Source of the DNA: Eledone cirrhosa | Lineage: Eukaryota | Assembly (NCBI GenBank): GCA_964016885.1 | Contig: OZ024750.1 | Coordinates: 27,838,001-27,902,000 of the forward strand | Reading direction: 5' to 3' | DNA length: 64,000 nt | Part shown: positions 43,077-57,255 of the stretch, in pieces | Layout: every line of letters starts with the position of its first letter | Numbering within the stretch: position 1 is the first letter of the stretch | Notes under the pieces: model-generated | What the model saw: the letters and a program-made list of their open reading frames with translations, nothing else | The model's database searches: none | Told to the model about the DNA's origin: nothing | Position numbers and translations under genes: made by a program

Positions 43077-43659
43077 TATTCTTATAAAGACCTTCCGTTA
43101 TATTTCTTATTTAATAACCTTTAACCAACTTAATGAGAAGTGTAATTATATTACAGACTCCTGTTGAATTCTTGATTGTTAATTTGAAAATTATAACCAA
43201 TATCTTTCATACGGTAGCGAAAAGTTCAAAAAATTAGTTAATGTAACCAGCTATCAGTCATTCCTAAGATATTTTACAATAAACCGACATATTTTTATAG
43301 CATTTTTAACGAAACTAAATTAATTATTCTATGCCCTGCAACAAAGTAAACTCTGTCACAGAAGAGCGATTGTTTTGGGAAAATGATATTAGAACAAAAA
43401 CTTTAAATTGTTTATCCGATTGTTTCCACCAATTTCCTGTAAATCGTGAGTCTTATCCTTATTGTTTTATTCTATAACAAATGTATTAAGGAATATTTCA
43501 CATGTTAACAAATATTTCAAAAATAATTGCACCACGGTTTAATTTAGGTCTTTATGTAATGTTGGGTACCGTGGACGTAGCGACACTTCGATTTGCTCAA
43601 AATAGTGACAAAACAATATAACTTTATTTGCTGGAGTTTGTATTTTTCTATTTTATGTG

Positions 43660-44180
43660 TATAACGTGAGATGTATTTTTCTCTATTATATGTATTACGT
43701 GGGGGTGTTTTTTTCTTGATAATGTGGGATATATTTTTCTCTATTATATGTATTACGTAGGATGTATTTTCCTCTATAATGTGGGATGTATTTTTCTCTA
43801 TTATATGTATTACGTGTGATGTTTTTTTTCTCTATAATGTGGGATCTATTTTTCTCTATTATATGTATTATGTAGGATGTATTTTCCTCTATAATGTGGG
43901 ATGTATTTTTCTCTATTATATGTATTACGTGTGATGTTTTTTTTCTCTATAATGTGGGATCTATTTTTCTCTATTATATGTATTATGTAGGATGTATTTT
44001 CCTCTATAATGTGGGATGTACTTTTCTCTATTATATGTATTACGTGTGATGTTTTTTTTTCTCTATAATGTGGGATCTATTTTTCTCTATTATATGTATT
44101 ATGTAGGATGTATTTTCCTCTATAATGTGGGATGTATTTTTCTCTATAATGTGGGATGTATTTTTCTCTGTAATGTGAAA
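43660..44180. repeat. Minisatellite with higher-order unit (about 118 bp) built from ttttctctataatgtggga / tattatatgtatta sub-units
   Basis: Visible directly. Confidence 0.85.
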
Positions 44181-44476
44181 TGTTTTTTTATGCATTATCT
44201 CTATTAGGGGGGTTGTATGTTTTTTTTTGTTTTTTTTTTTTGTTAAAATCATATTTCGTTGTGAAGCACTTGCTCTCAAGTCTTGAGTAATCGTCCCGCC
44301 CACCCATTTATTAAGCTTTCAGTCCGCCCCACCCCGCTTTTATTCCAACCCTCCGCTTATTAAATTTTGCTAATATATCTGCGGCGAAATTTTATTGTAA
44401 GTGATTCATATTAATACAGCAACTGGAGAATCTAATAATAATTTTATTTTATATAAAAAAAAAAACATTATATATG

Positions 44477-44648
44477 TATCGGTAGAGGGTCGGACGCCAT
44501 GCTTTGACGCATAGAGTTACGGCCCTTTCCATTCTGAGTTCAAATCCCGCCGTGGTTAACTTTGCCTTTCATCCTTACGGGGTCGATAAAATAAAGTACC
44601 AGTAATACACTGGGATAATTGCTGGCCTTGTGCCAAAAGTAGAAACAA
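44477..44648 (+). mobile_element. SINE-A short form, slightly 5'-truncated, TSD attatatatgt
   Basis: Consensus match and direct repeat. Confidence 0.92.
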
Positions 44649-44809
44649 TTATATATGTCATAAAAGAACATTACAAGAAATCCCATATTTCCGAACGTAC
44701 ACTATATAATTATCGCCCCCCACCCCCAGCGCTTGTAAGAATTTAAACAAATGTACACCACCACCCCGCATATTCCACCCAACCCTCTAATTGTAGGGTA
44801 CGTATTTAT

Positions 44810-45130
44810 TCCTAACGGTCGCTCTCAAACAGATTTGCGGTCGTGCCCTTGGCAGTGGAGACTTCTGGTGCCCTTGGCTCTAGGGCCACCTCCCTACTCA
44901 TCACCAGAGGCGCTGAGCTGGCCAGCCGCAGGTGTGAGCCTCGCGAGATGGAATGGCTCTTCCAGCGCTTCTCCCATACCATCCTCCGGGGAAACGCCTT
45001 CTCCATTCTTTCCGCCGGAGCGGTGGGGCGGCCAGCACGTGGGACCCCATTTGCTCACCATACAGGGGAGGGCGACAGAAATGGAGGCGATGACAGTGGG
45101 AGTTTGGCTCTTCCGTGTTCGGACACATCA
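44810..45130 (+). mobile_element. CRE-like non-LTR 3' fragment (RLE C-terminus and 3' UTR)
   Basis: PLAVETSGALGSRATSLLITRGAELASRRCEPREMEWLFQRFSHTILRGNAFSIL resembles the P..VET.G..G...QR.S..IQRGNA C-terminal motif of CRE-clade ORFs. Confidence 0.65.
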
Positions 45131-46354
45131 ATTCTATGTTGCTGTTGATACTTAGATATACACATACATACACATTATACACATACATATACACACTCAC
45201 ACTATACAAATCACGGGACTAACAACAACTACAACAACAAACGTTTTAAGATCTTTTTCTCTGCTTTAGCTGGAGGACTCACCTTGCTGGCCCTATAACC
45301 AGCTTTTCCATTTTACCCTATCATCTGTATCCTTTTTAACCAAACTCCTGGCTTTCGCCCCCCCCCCCCCATCTTTTTTAGCCATCTCTTACTTACTTCC
45401 GGTATTTACTTTTTAATTTCCGTCACATTCACCATTCCTCAACACATTACCCAGCCATCTCATTTCATTCTCATAATATTTATCGCTGACTTTAATTCCT
45501 GTTATTCTCTGTAATTAATTGCTTGTTTTGCTCTCTCTGTCTCTCTCGCTCTATCTCTCTCTCGCTGTTTCTCTCTCTCTCTCTCTCTCTCTCACTCTTT
45601 GTTTTTCTCTCGCTCTCCCTCTGCCCCCCCCCCCTCTCCATCCGCCAGTCGGGACTAAACTAAAAGTATTTCGATAGACGTTCTATTTAATGGGAACAGA
45701 AAGATTACTTCAATTGAGTTAACATATATAAAAGAGATTAAATAAATTATATACACAGGAGGAGATTAATTAAATTAAGTTAGTAAATTGAGCTATTAAT
45801 ACAATTTTGATTCATGTTTTTATTTGCTGTCTTTTAAATGTGTGAAAGTTTAGTCAAACATAATGGAAACTAAACAAAAATGTGATAAAATACGAGAAAA
45901 ATAAGTGCAAAGTAAAAATAAATAGTGGCAAAAGCTGATAGATAACATAAAATATAGGAATATTTAACAAAGGTTTTTGTTAAATTGTTATCGGCGTCAG
46001 CAGACAATAAATTGTAAACTGTTATAAACAAGGTGACATTAATGTGCAATAATTTCTCTCTCTTTTTCTCTATCTCTCTATTTCTCTCTCTTTTTCTCTA
46101 TATCTCTCTCCCTCTTTCTATAAATCCTGAGGTTACAAATCTCTCTCCCTCCAAATCATGAGGTTACAAATCCAAAGAAAGGCCATGTAAAATGACATGC
46201 TGAAAATGTAACAATGAGAGTGAATATATTTTATGTAAATATTGAGTCCTACAAAAAGTGCTTTCCGTATGTATGTATGTGAAAGGTAAACAGAAATAGC
46301 AAAACAAACGTCACAGTATATGGAAGTCTAACGCTTGAAATAGTAGGAAGAGGG

Positions 46355-46390
46355 TCTTAACGTTTCGGCCGCTAGTCCTTCATCAGAAGA
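46355..46390 (-). ncRNA. Minimal hammerhead (family B); second copy 51835-51870
   Basis: Consensus tctt CTGATGA a ggac tagc gtcc GAAA cg TT aaga. Helix III (ACGT palindrome) can form only in a dimer. Confidence 0.6.
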
Positions 46391-46466
46391 AAGAATGAGA
46401 AATTAGAAATATTGAGAAGGCGGAATAGGAAAATATTTTTTAGAATAAATAACAGTCCATTCATGT

Positions 46467-46528
<62 letters not shown>

Positions 46529-48499
46529 AGGGAGTGTAACGCGAAGTTACTGTAGGTTCACCCGGCTGAGCACTCGATGTTTAGGCTCACGTCAGTATCA
46601 AGGTGTAGAGCTAGACAGAGTGTAATATAATGATACAAGGACGGATTGTTACTCCTTCATTACGTTTATTGATCAGTAGCGAAACGCGCGTCACCAACCA
46701 ATAAACGTAATGAAGGAGTAACGATTCGTCCTTGTATTATTATATATATAATATATACATAAATAAGGGCCCCCCCCCCCCCCCCCGCACATGAGTGAAA
46801 TAGCTCTCAATAGCTGTAATACTATTTGCGTTTTAATTGGAAGCTAATATCTTTTTCACTGATTTGGGGTAAACGACGCAGGCGATCCTTCTTGTGGCTC
46901 CATGAAAATCCCTTGGGGTGGGGAGCTCTGAAAAATGATAGTGAATTGTCTGCTCCAGAGCAATCAGTGCAGTTTACAGTACTTACCAGCATCTCTCAGG
47001 TGCAAGTATCCAACTAAATTCCTTGGGGGAAAAAAAAAAAAAAAAATGGTTCATCTTTAGAATTTTATTTACTTACATATTTTGGAAAAAAACGCTGATT
47101 ACTAGTGGTTATAAGAGATAACTAACAATGGGGAAATAGGAAGTGTGTTAGCCTGACACCTGCTGGCAACAAACAGACCCCAACAAAAAACTTTTATCAG
47201 ATTTAAAATATGATAAACAGAGAAAATTATGAGAATTAAAAATTGAACTTGTAAACAGAATTGTAAACAGATTTTAACACAAACGTTGACAAACAGAACC
47301 GAGAAAAAAAAGTAACGAGAGTGCAAATTCTAGCAACGTAGCTAACAGCACAACATATGTTTTGCAAGCTTTGCGTGCTACAAGAGAAAAAAACTGAAGA
47401 AAAGACTGTACATGAGTCACCTTCCGAAGTAGAAAATAACCGTGGGAAAAGTATATCTCAAATGACTGTGCCCCGTTGCTCATCGAGGAAAGTGGCATAA
47501 GTGAATCTTCTGAAAAGGGGATAAATAGAAGAGGAAATATGGTAACGGGCATTAACCGAGAAAGTAACAAAGCCTGCAGGCCCGGGGCAAAGATCCATGG
47601 GTGCCGCTACACTGACCATCACAATTTCAGTGGTAAGACTAGAGGAAGAAATCGCTTCTTCTGAAAATGTACGTTACTAAGTAACGGAAGGACCTCCTTC
47701 TTCAGCCCAGGGCTAACTAAAGATCAAGACCAACAGTTGCAGCGCATTGTCACACGGCAATGGTGGGGGTGTGTGTGTGTGTGGGGGGGGGGTATTAAGA
47801 TTGAAGGTGTTCTTTTTTAAAGAGCGATGGCAGGCCGAAGATGAGTAAAACAGAATGCGGTAGCTACAACAAGGAAGTACTTCAGATTTACTGTGGGGCT
47901 AAAGACAGCAACTGATCTGTGAGATTTAATGTTAAAACTAGAAGGGGATGAAATAATTAGTATGCTGATTAAGAGAAAGAAAAATAATGAAGTCTCAAAG
48001 AGAGAGAGAGAGAGAGGTGTGTGAGAGAGAGGGAGAGAGATAAGGGACAAGTCCTAGACAGCCCCAAAAACTTTTGATAAAGACAACGTGAATGCTCTAT
48101 CAATGTTTGAGAGATTGAGTCCAGATATGTTGGAACCTACACGACTTGACTGACTAAAATGGCTGGCGGGAACCTGCACATGCGCACATGCATATACGTC
48201 TCTTTCACTTTATTTATGTATATTTCGTTTTTACCAGGCCGCAGATAAAAATATATATAATATATACACATATATATATATATATATGTGTGTGCCGCGG
48301 GTTTAATCAGGGGTAATCACAGTTAGGAAGGTACTGAATACATTAGTAGAGTGTATACATCAAGTTTAATATAGAAAGGGCTTCTACTGAACTAGAACTG
48401 TTTCATTCGAAATAAATCATCAAGCTTTCCTGATGATTTCGTTTGAACGAAACAGTTCTAGTCTCGTAGAAGCCATTTCTATATTAAATATTTTATATA

Positions 48500-48535
<36 letters not shown>

Positions 48536-48592
48536 TGTATGTAGAGTGCTTGTTTTGGCACCACCACAGTAATTCACTGAATCACCTACGTT

Positions 48593-48690
<98 letters not shown>

Positions 48691-48809
48691 ATATATACCT
48701 ACATCCTGTCACCGTTTTGTAATGTTTTGTATGAATGAGCTGTAAATAAAGTGAAAGAATTTTTATTTGTTATTCACAAACCAATATCAATTTATAAAAC
48801 TAGGTAAAA

Positions 48810-48819
48810 TATGCCATTA

Positions 48820-48868
<49 letters not shown>

Positions 48869-49085
48869 TTATATATATATGTGTGTGTGTTTATATATAT
48901 ATGTGTGTGTGTTTATATATATATGTGTGTGTTTATATATATATATATATGTGTGTGTGTGTTTATATATATATATATGTGTGTGTTTATATATATATAT
49001 ATGTGTGTGTTTATATATATATGTGTGTGTGTTTATATATATATGTGTGTGTGTTTATATATATATATATATGTGTGTGTGTGTT

Positions 49086-49120
<35 letters not shown>

Positions 49121-49121
49121 T

Positions 49122-49152
<31 letters not shown>

Positions 49153-49551
49153 TTATATATATATATGTGTGTGTTTATATATATATGTGTGTGTTTATGT
49201 ATGTGTGTGTTTATATATATGTGTGTATGTGTGTTTATATATATGTGTGTGTATGTGTGTTTATATATATGTGTGTGTGTGTGTGTTTATATATATATAT
49301 GTGTGTGTGTGTTTATATATATATATGTGTGTGTGTTTATATATATATATATGTGTGTGTGTGTTTATATATATATATGTGTGTATATGTGTTTATATAT
49401 ATATATGTGTGTATATGTGTTTATATATATATATGTGTGTATATGTGTTTATATATATATATGTGTGTATATGTGTTTATATATATATATATGTGTATAT
49501 ATATATATATGTGTATATGTGTTTATATATATATATGTGTGTATGTGTGTT

Positions 49552-49647
<96 letters not shown>

Positions 49648-49649
49648 CT

Positions 49650-49685
<36 letters not shown>

Positions 49686-49686
49686 C

Positions 49687-49733
<47 letters not shown>

Positions 49734-49744
49734 CTTATATATAG

Positions 49745-49775
<31 letters not shown>

Positions 49776-49804
49776 CTTATATATATATATATATATATGT
49801 GTGT

Positions 49805-49855
<51 letters not shown>

Positions 49856-49890
49856 CTTATATAAATATATATATATGCATGTGTGTGTAC
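48810..49890. repeat. Compound (TA)n(TG)n minisatellite with fixed TT or GCTT junctions
   Basis: Visible directly. Confidence 0.95.
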
Positions 49891-50322
49891 ACATTTGTAC
49901 GTATTTGCACACTACAGATAGCGTATTCAATCGACAAAGATGTCCTAGAATGTTTCTGGTATTGAGAAGAGAGCAGCATGTCATACAGGTCACACACAAT
50001 ACTGGGTACAAAATCTATTCAATATTTTCCCTTCACTACTGTCTGCATTGCCACTCATATAATAACAGGAGCCACTTTCCGGTGCATTATGGTATTACCT
50101 GACCCTTCAAATAGTCACTATTACATCACCAACCCTACTTCCTGCTTAAGTGTCACACGATTATTTTTTTAATTTGCTCAATTCACCAACAGAAGACTTT
50201 CCGTCAAATTTCCGTTCGACGCTTTTTTCTTTTTTCTTTTACTTTTTCTTATTTTCTCCCCCTTTTTCGTACGTATTTATTTTTTCTGTCATTTGAAAAT
50301 TACATGATACAAGCTCGATATT

Positions 50323-50993
50323 ACTAACTTAATTAAAACTCATTACGCCTCACAATATATTTTATTATATTTAAATAAATGACTAACTTAATTAAAACTC
50401 ATTACGCCTCACAATATATTTTATTATATTTAAATAAATGACTAACTTAATTAAAACTCATTACGCCTCACAATATATTTTATTATATTTAAATAAATGA
50501 CTAACTTAATTAAAACTCATTACGCCTCACAATATATTTTATTATATTTAAATAAATGACTAACTTAATTAAAACTCATTACGCCTCACAATATATTTTA
50601 TTATATTTAAATAAATGACTAACTTAATTAAAACTCATTACGCCTCACAATATATTTTATTATATTTAAATAAATGACTAACTTAATTAAAACTCATTAC
50701 GCCTCACAATATATTTTATTATATTTAAATAAATGACGGTGGATTGGCAGTATCGGTAGAGGGTCGGACGCCATGCTTTCCAGCATAGTTACGTCCCTTT
50801 ACGATCTGAGTTCAAATCCCGCCGAGGTTGACTTTGCCTTTCATCCTTACGGGGTCGATAAAATAAAGTACCAGTAATGCACTGGGTAATTGCTGGCCTT
50901 GTGCCAAAAGTAGAAACAATTATATTTAAATAAATGACTAACTTAATTAAAACTCATTACGCCTCACAATATATTTTACTTTATTTAAATAAA
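50323..50993. repeat. 59 bp minisatellite (about 8 units) interrupted by a SINE-A
   Basis: Unit actaacttaattaaaactcattacgcctcacaatatattttattatatttaaataaatg. Confidence 0.95.
50738..50918 (+). mobile_element. SINE-A short form with 20 bp TSD
   Basis: attatatttaaataaatgac at 50718-50737 and 50919-50938. Confidence 0.95.
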
Positions 50994-51039
50994 TCTCTAG
51001 CAACCCTTAATTTAAACTTTTTATTATATTTCATTTTCT

Positions 51040-51262
51040 AGGGCGTTGGTTTGGCAGTATCGGTAGAGGGTAGGACGACATGTTGTGCAGCATAGAGTTA
51101 CGGCCCTTCATGATCTGAGTTCAAATCCTGCCGAGGTTAACTTTGCCTTTCATCCTTACGGGGTCGATAAAATAAAGTACCAGTCACGCACTGGGATCGA
51201 TTTAATCGACTTTCCTCTCCCAACAAATTACTGGCCTTGTGCCTGTATAAGAAACCATTATA
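51040..51262 (+). mobile_element. SINE-A long form
   Basis: Consensus match including gatcgatttaatcgac. Confidence 0.9.
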
Positions 51263-51701
51263 TTTCATTTTCTGTTTTCTTGTTTTTCTTGTGTTTATCT
51301 TTACAATTGTTTTTACTTTCTCATTCTTGTTTGTCTCACTCACTCTCTCTAACTTAATTCCCCTCACGTCCTCTACCTTTATCCAGATTTAGGCTGACAA
51401 ACTGTACATTCTTTTTTTGACTTCTGAACAAAAAAATTTTTGTTTCTATCTCATCTTACTCTTGTCTATCTATTTACTTTTTCTTCGATCTCTCATACTA
51501 TCTTCCGATGACAGACTAACATCCGAAACGTTGAGTCTTTTTCTAATGTATCAAATGCTAAACTAAGACATATCATCATTATTCTGCATTGCGATTCCGT
51601 CTTTTTCTCGCTTGATTGCTTTTGGTAATCACACACACACATTCAATGCCATCTCCTCAGTCAACCTCTGGAAATCACTACGGTTTCGGTATTTACATGT
51701 G

Positions 51702-51753
<52 letters not shown>

Positions 51754-52297
51754 GGTAAACAGAAATAACAACACAATCGGTACAGTATATGGAAGGAATA
51801 TATTAAGTTAACGCTTGAAATAGCACGAAGAGGGTCTTAACGTTTCGGACGCTATTCCTTCATCAGAAGAAAGAATGGGAAATTAGAAAGATTGAAGGGA
51901 CGGGCGGGGTGGAATTAGGGAAAATGTTTTTAGAGAAAAATAACAGGTCCATTCGTGTTGCCAATATGTATGTATATGTGTATGTATATATATTTAATCA
52001 TACTATGTCTATGTATATATAATTAAACATACATATGTTATATTGAAAAGAAACCTGCGCTTCGGTTTGAATATTTTTATAAAGTATTTTCCGTATTGCC
52101 TTAGCTCATACATATGGTTCCATCTTTAAATCAGAATATTTATACTTGGTGCATTGGTCTCGTGCGTAGTAGTAGGAGTAGTAAAGTATGGTGAAGTGTG
52201 TGGAGTTAGGAAGAGGTCTGATTTATAACTGCCATAATTCAACAACTGAGAAATTTTAAATGTGTGTTTGTGTGAGACAAAGCTTGCACAAGTGTAT

Positions 52298-52331
<34 letters not shown>

Positions 52332-52657
52332 ATATAAATTAGCGAGAATCGTATTTCAGCACAGGAATTAACGAAAATCAACATCCGATATGTGTGGCAA
52401 GCGCTCGATGATTCATGTGAATCAGAGCTACAACATACGTTAAGGGCCAAACACACTGAGATGATGGTTAAACATATCATCCGCACAGCCAAAACAAACG
52501 ACCAAGTAATTCGGGTCAAACAATAAAAATATATGTGTTGATACTTTCCCGGACCCTGGACTGATGGTAAAATCCAGTATTGGTTTCTGCGACTCCAAAA
52601 TCAGGTACTGTCCGCCTCCATAAAGAATGTCTGGCTTCAGGTAAGATGATGAACAAG

Positions 52658-52703
<46 letters not shown>

Positions 52704-52949
52704 CAAAGCCGAAATACGATTCTCGCTAATTTATATTTATATATATATATGCATGCGTGGTTTGTGAATAAGTGCATATATATATATGTATATATATTTA
52801 TATATTCTCTTTTACCTGCTTCAGCCATCCGGCTGAGGCCATGCTGGGGTACCGCCCTTGATATATATATATATAACGGAGGAAATGTGGTAAGGAACCA
52901 GGTGGACCATAACGCACCAAAGTACTCAATACTTAGGGTAGTAGGTGGG

Positions 52950-53091
52950 TAATAGGAACGAGTAGGACCCCGACGGCTGAGCTCAAGCCGTTTCGACGGC
53001 TAATTCTGTACTAAATCATTTAGTCCAGAATTAGCCGTCGAAACGGCTTGAGCTCAGTTCCTATTATATATATATATATATATACTCGTTC

Positions 53092-53095
<4 letters not shown>
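52950..53095. mobile_element. Fold-back pLTR fragment containing two hammerhead 3' halves
   Basis: Perfect inverted repeat 52977-53008 vs 53026-53057. Minus strand reads GAAA cggct tgagctc agccg TC ggggtcc. Confidence 0.6.
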
Positions 53096-53166
<71 letters not shown>

Positions 53167-54194
53167 TACAAGAAACGTAGCTGGTTGTGTGGTTACTGTA
53201 AAGAAAGTGTAAGATAGTAATATGGACGTAAACAAATATATATATATATATATTAAAATAACAAAGTTTAAGCGAAGAATCGCTGCTATTATTATTACTA
53301 TATATATATATAGAGAGAGAGAGAGTGGGTTGTGAATGCGTGCATATATTTATATATACTTGCCTGGTGTGTATATGCGGATATATATGTGTGTGTGTAT
53401 ATATATATATATATGCGTGGCGTGTGAATGCACGTTTATGTGTTTGTTCTAGTCTATATATAGATACATACATATTAATGCAGAAAATAAATATTCGGCC
53501 GCCATCTTCTGTTTTAAACTAAACAGTTAAAATTAAATTAAACTAAATTAAATTAAATCTATTAAACAACCAACAGAATTCTATGGAGTTGTACAATAAG
53601 AAGACACACAACACATATTTAAGTAGGAGAGGGGTGAGGATATCTGTGTAACCTCTAAACCAGCCACAACTAGTGTTACCAATTAAGCATGAAACGAATT
53701 AGATTCCACGCGGATTAGCAGCGCTTGACGCGTAAAATTTAGTTTTGGCGCGGCCGAGCTATTTTAGTTGTTTAGGATTTTTTTTAGCGCGTTTTGGCCC
53801 CTTTTTGTAGTGTTTCCCATTTAAAAAATATATTAATATTTCGTTTTGAAATTGTAATGTTAATCCCGAAATCATTGAGGAAAATTAGCCAGTATATCTC
53901 TCTGTATGTATGGGAGTGAAGGACCCCTAGCCTTTGTCAGGGCATTCTTCTAGAAGAAGGCAACTCAGGAAACTGGGATAACTCCGACACAAAACCTGCG
54001 GCTCAGTAGTTACCGATAATGTTGATCTTTTCTTCTTTTCGGGTTATAGCTACTGTCGCTCAGAGAGTGGGATTGGCTCTGTGCACAGTCTTTCCTTACT
54101 TTAGATAAATCTTCACGATGTGCGTGTATGTATCTATGTATGTATGTACGTATGTTAAGTGAGTGATAAATTACAGGCGACACATATAAGCTCG

Positions 54195-54281
54195 TATATC
54201 TGATGAGATGTGGAAAACGAGTCGGACCCCGTTACCTTGATTGAACCCTGAGCTGATAGATATCGAAACAATTGTAATATG
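54195..54281 (+). ncRNA. Type I hammerhead with an extended helix II insert
   Basis: tatat CTGATGA gatgt...(about 48 nt)...atatc GAAA caattg TA atatg, then AATAAA. Confidence 0.65.
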
Positions 54282-54554
54282 GAAATAAAGTATGTGTGTG
54301 TAATCTTACGTTGTTATTAGCAAACAATATCTGAAAGGTTTTAATTTAATCACAACTGAAATGTTACTAAATATCGTAAGATAATAGTTTGGTCTACGTA
54401 CCGAGGTGGTGATGCGGAGGACAGTCATCTATCCACCCGAGCTCCAAGCTCAGACAAAACGAGTAGAACATTGATAAACTTGGTTAATAATTAAGTTTCA
54501 CATCAACTGCAATAAAATCGTGCTAGTGATAGCCACAGGGCGAACGAGGAAATA

Positions 54555-54737
54555 ATTGTTTCTACTTTAGGCACAAGGCCAGCAATTACCCAGTGCATTA
54601 CTGGTACTTTATTTTATCGATCCCGTAAGGATGAAAGGCAAAGTCAACCTCGGCGGGATTTGAACTCGGATCGTAAAGGGACGTAACTATGCTGGAAAGC
54701 ATGACATCCGACCCTCTACCGATACTGCCAATCCACA
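54555..54737 (-). mobile_element. SINE-A short form
   Basis: Consensus match. Confidence 0.92.
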
Positions 54738-55299
54738 ATTGACTCTTCGTAATAAAAGACATATAACAGTTTCGGGGATGTATTTTAAATGGCTAAAATG
54801 TCCTTTTCATGATAAAACTACTTCAGTTTCGACACACCGGCTCAAATCAATACACTTGCCAACTCCGAAATATTTATTTTTATCGTTTTTTTTGTTTTTT
54901 TTTATTTAAAAAATTATTTTTTTCGGGTTTTAATTGAAAGTTGGAATATTAAAGCCTGCGACACTTTTCAGAACCACCGAGTCCTGTGGTAGGAGAGGAG
55001 GAAGTTACCTTCTAACTAGAGGGGACCCTGCACAAATGTATATAACAGTCTGGAGTCTGCTAACTACATTCTATGGCCACGGGGTTGATGATCAACATAG
55101 CAACGAATTACACTTACAACCCAAGAACACATACAATAAAATAGACAAGTTTCCTTCTATCCAATCCCCTCTACAAGATTGGAAACAACTCGAAGCTATA
55201 ATACAAAATACACTAAACTAATATGCTGTACAGTTGAATTGAATGTAGGCCCACATAGTTGCGAAACAATAAAATAGATAAGCTTTCTTCTGTCTAGTC

Positions 55300-55618
55300 C
55301 AGGGGTGTGCAACATATTCTACTGGCGGGCCACTTTTGAACATTGGAACAACTATTAGGGCCATTAATATTTATTAAGCACTATTCCAAAGATTCACCAC
55401 AACTTCTTTCCATAACATGGAACTGGGAAATTATAACACACATAACCCTATCAGTGAAGCCCTTTAGTATAGGTCAACTAACAGAAAATTGTATTACGGT
55501 TATGAAAACAATTTTAAATTGGCCTACAAGGTAAAAATAAAAAACGGTCAACGCGGGCCACTCTGACTGGTCTGGCAGGCCGGATTGTGTCCCCTGGGCC
55601 GCCTGTTGCACGCCCCTG
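55300..55618. mobile_element. hAT (Charlie-like) MITE with a perfect 8 bp TSD
   Basis: TIRs CAGGGGTGTGCAAC / GTTGCACGCCCCTG; TSD gtctagtc at 55292-55299 and 55619-55626. Confidence 0.9.
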
Positions 55619-56434
55619 GTCTAGTCTCTTCTACAAGTATGGAAACAAAACAAAACAAAAAACCAAAACAAAACTATAATAAAAACACTAAAGCAATGTA
55701 CTGTACAGTCGGATCGAACGCAGGCCCATATAGTTGCGAAATTAGATTGTTAACCACGCGGCCAAACGAATTGTTCCTGGTAGAAAAGAAATAAGTTTTC
55801 ACTTATTTTACACAGCAATGTTTAGACACTAGAATTGTCATTCTAAGAAAGGCGACCACAGATGGTGTCATATCCTTCGTATTCTTTTCCTCTAAAAACT
55901 GACGATATGTCACGTGGTTATATCATTTCATATAATCAAAACAGACGAATAGTGAATGTCATATCACTTTTCCGCATACACTCATACCCAGCCCCGCACA
56001 CATGTACATTCACATACACAGACAGGCACACACACACAGACGCACACACACAGACGCACACACACAGACGCACACACACACCCACACACACACAGACACA
56101 GACGCACACACACACAGACGCACACACACACAGACGCACACACACACACACAGACGCACACACACACAGACGCACACACACACGCACACAGACACACACA
56201 GACACACACCGACGCAGACACACACAGATACACACACACACATATACACACACAGATACACACATATACACACACAGATAGACACACACACATACACGTG
56301 TAGGTACATAAGTGTGTATATATGATTTACTTTAGGAATACAATGCATCCCTTTATTCACTAGGTTTATGTTTTGATTATAGACTTGGTATCCCACATCC
56401 CTCACTCCCACCCTCCTCTCACTAACTATATATA

Positions 56435-56551
<117 letters not shown>

Positions 56552-56992
56552 ATATATTTATATTTGTTTGTGGCGTGTGAGGCATGTTTGTGTATATATG
56601 TGTGCGTGATATCCTTTTTCCCCCGTGGCCCTTTCTCGCCTGCCCATGCGTAACTTCTTGTTTCTAGATATTTTCTTCGTATTTTCTTTCACAACATGCC
56701 ACTATCTTTACCATCTTTCTCTACTAATCCCTAGACTAGCTAACGACCTGTAGACATCTTTTTTAAATTACACCCTAAAGTCTTTTTAAAAAAAAAAAGA
56801 TCTTATACATTGCATAATGTAGTCCAGAAAAAGCCGGAGAGTCACGGTCGAATTGCCTTTGTGATAAGTTTTTTCGTCCAGGGTTGACCTGGACCTTTAC
56901 AGCAAATTACCCATTTTCCACTTTATTTCTTTCTCCTTATTTCTTTGACCTTTGGTTAAACAACAGCAAAACACGGACTTTGCACATTCTTT

Positions 56993-57255
56993 CTATTTCA
57001 CGGCTGACCTGTAGCTATTTCACGACTGACCTGTGGCTATTTCACGACTGACCTGTGGCTATTTCACGGCTGACCTGTGGCTATTTCACGGCTGACCAGT
57101 ATCTATTTCACGACTGACCTGTAGCTATTTCACGACTGACCTGTAGCTATTTCACGACTGACCTGTGGCTATTTCACGACTGACCTGTGGCTATTTCACG
57201 ACTGACCTGTAGCTATTTCACGACTGACCTGTAGCTATTTCACGGCTGACCTGTG
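56993..57255. repeat. 22 bp minisatellite, about 12 units
   Basis: ctatttcacg(a/g)ctgacctgt(a/g)g. Confidence 0.95.

Noticed and set aside
54934-55221. 95 aa ORF (and 57402-57617 minus)
   Set aside because: No start context or recognisable domain; at most very old LINE debris.
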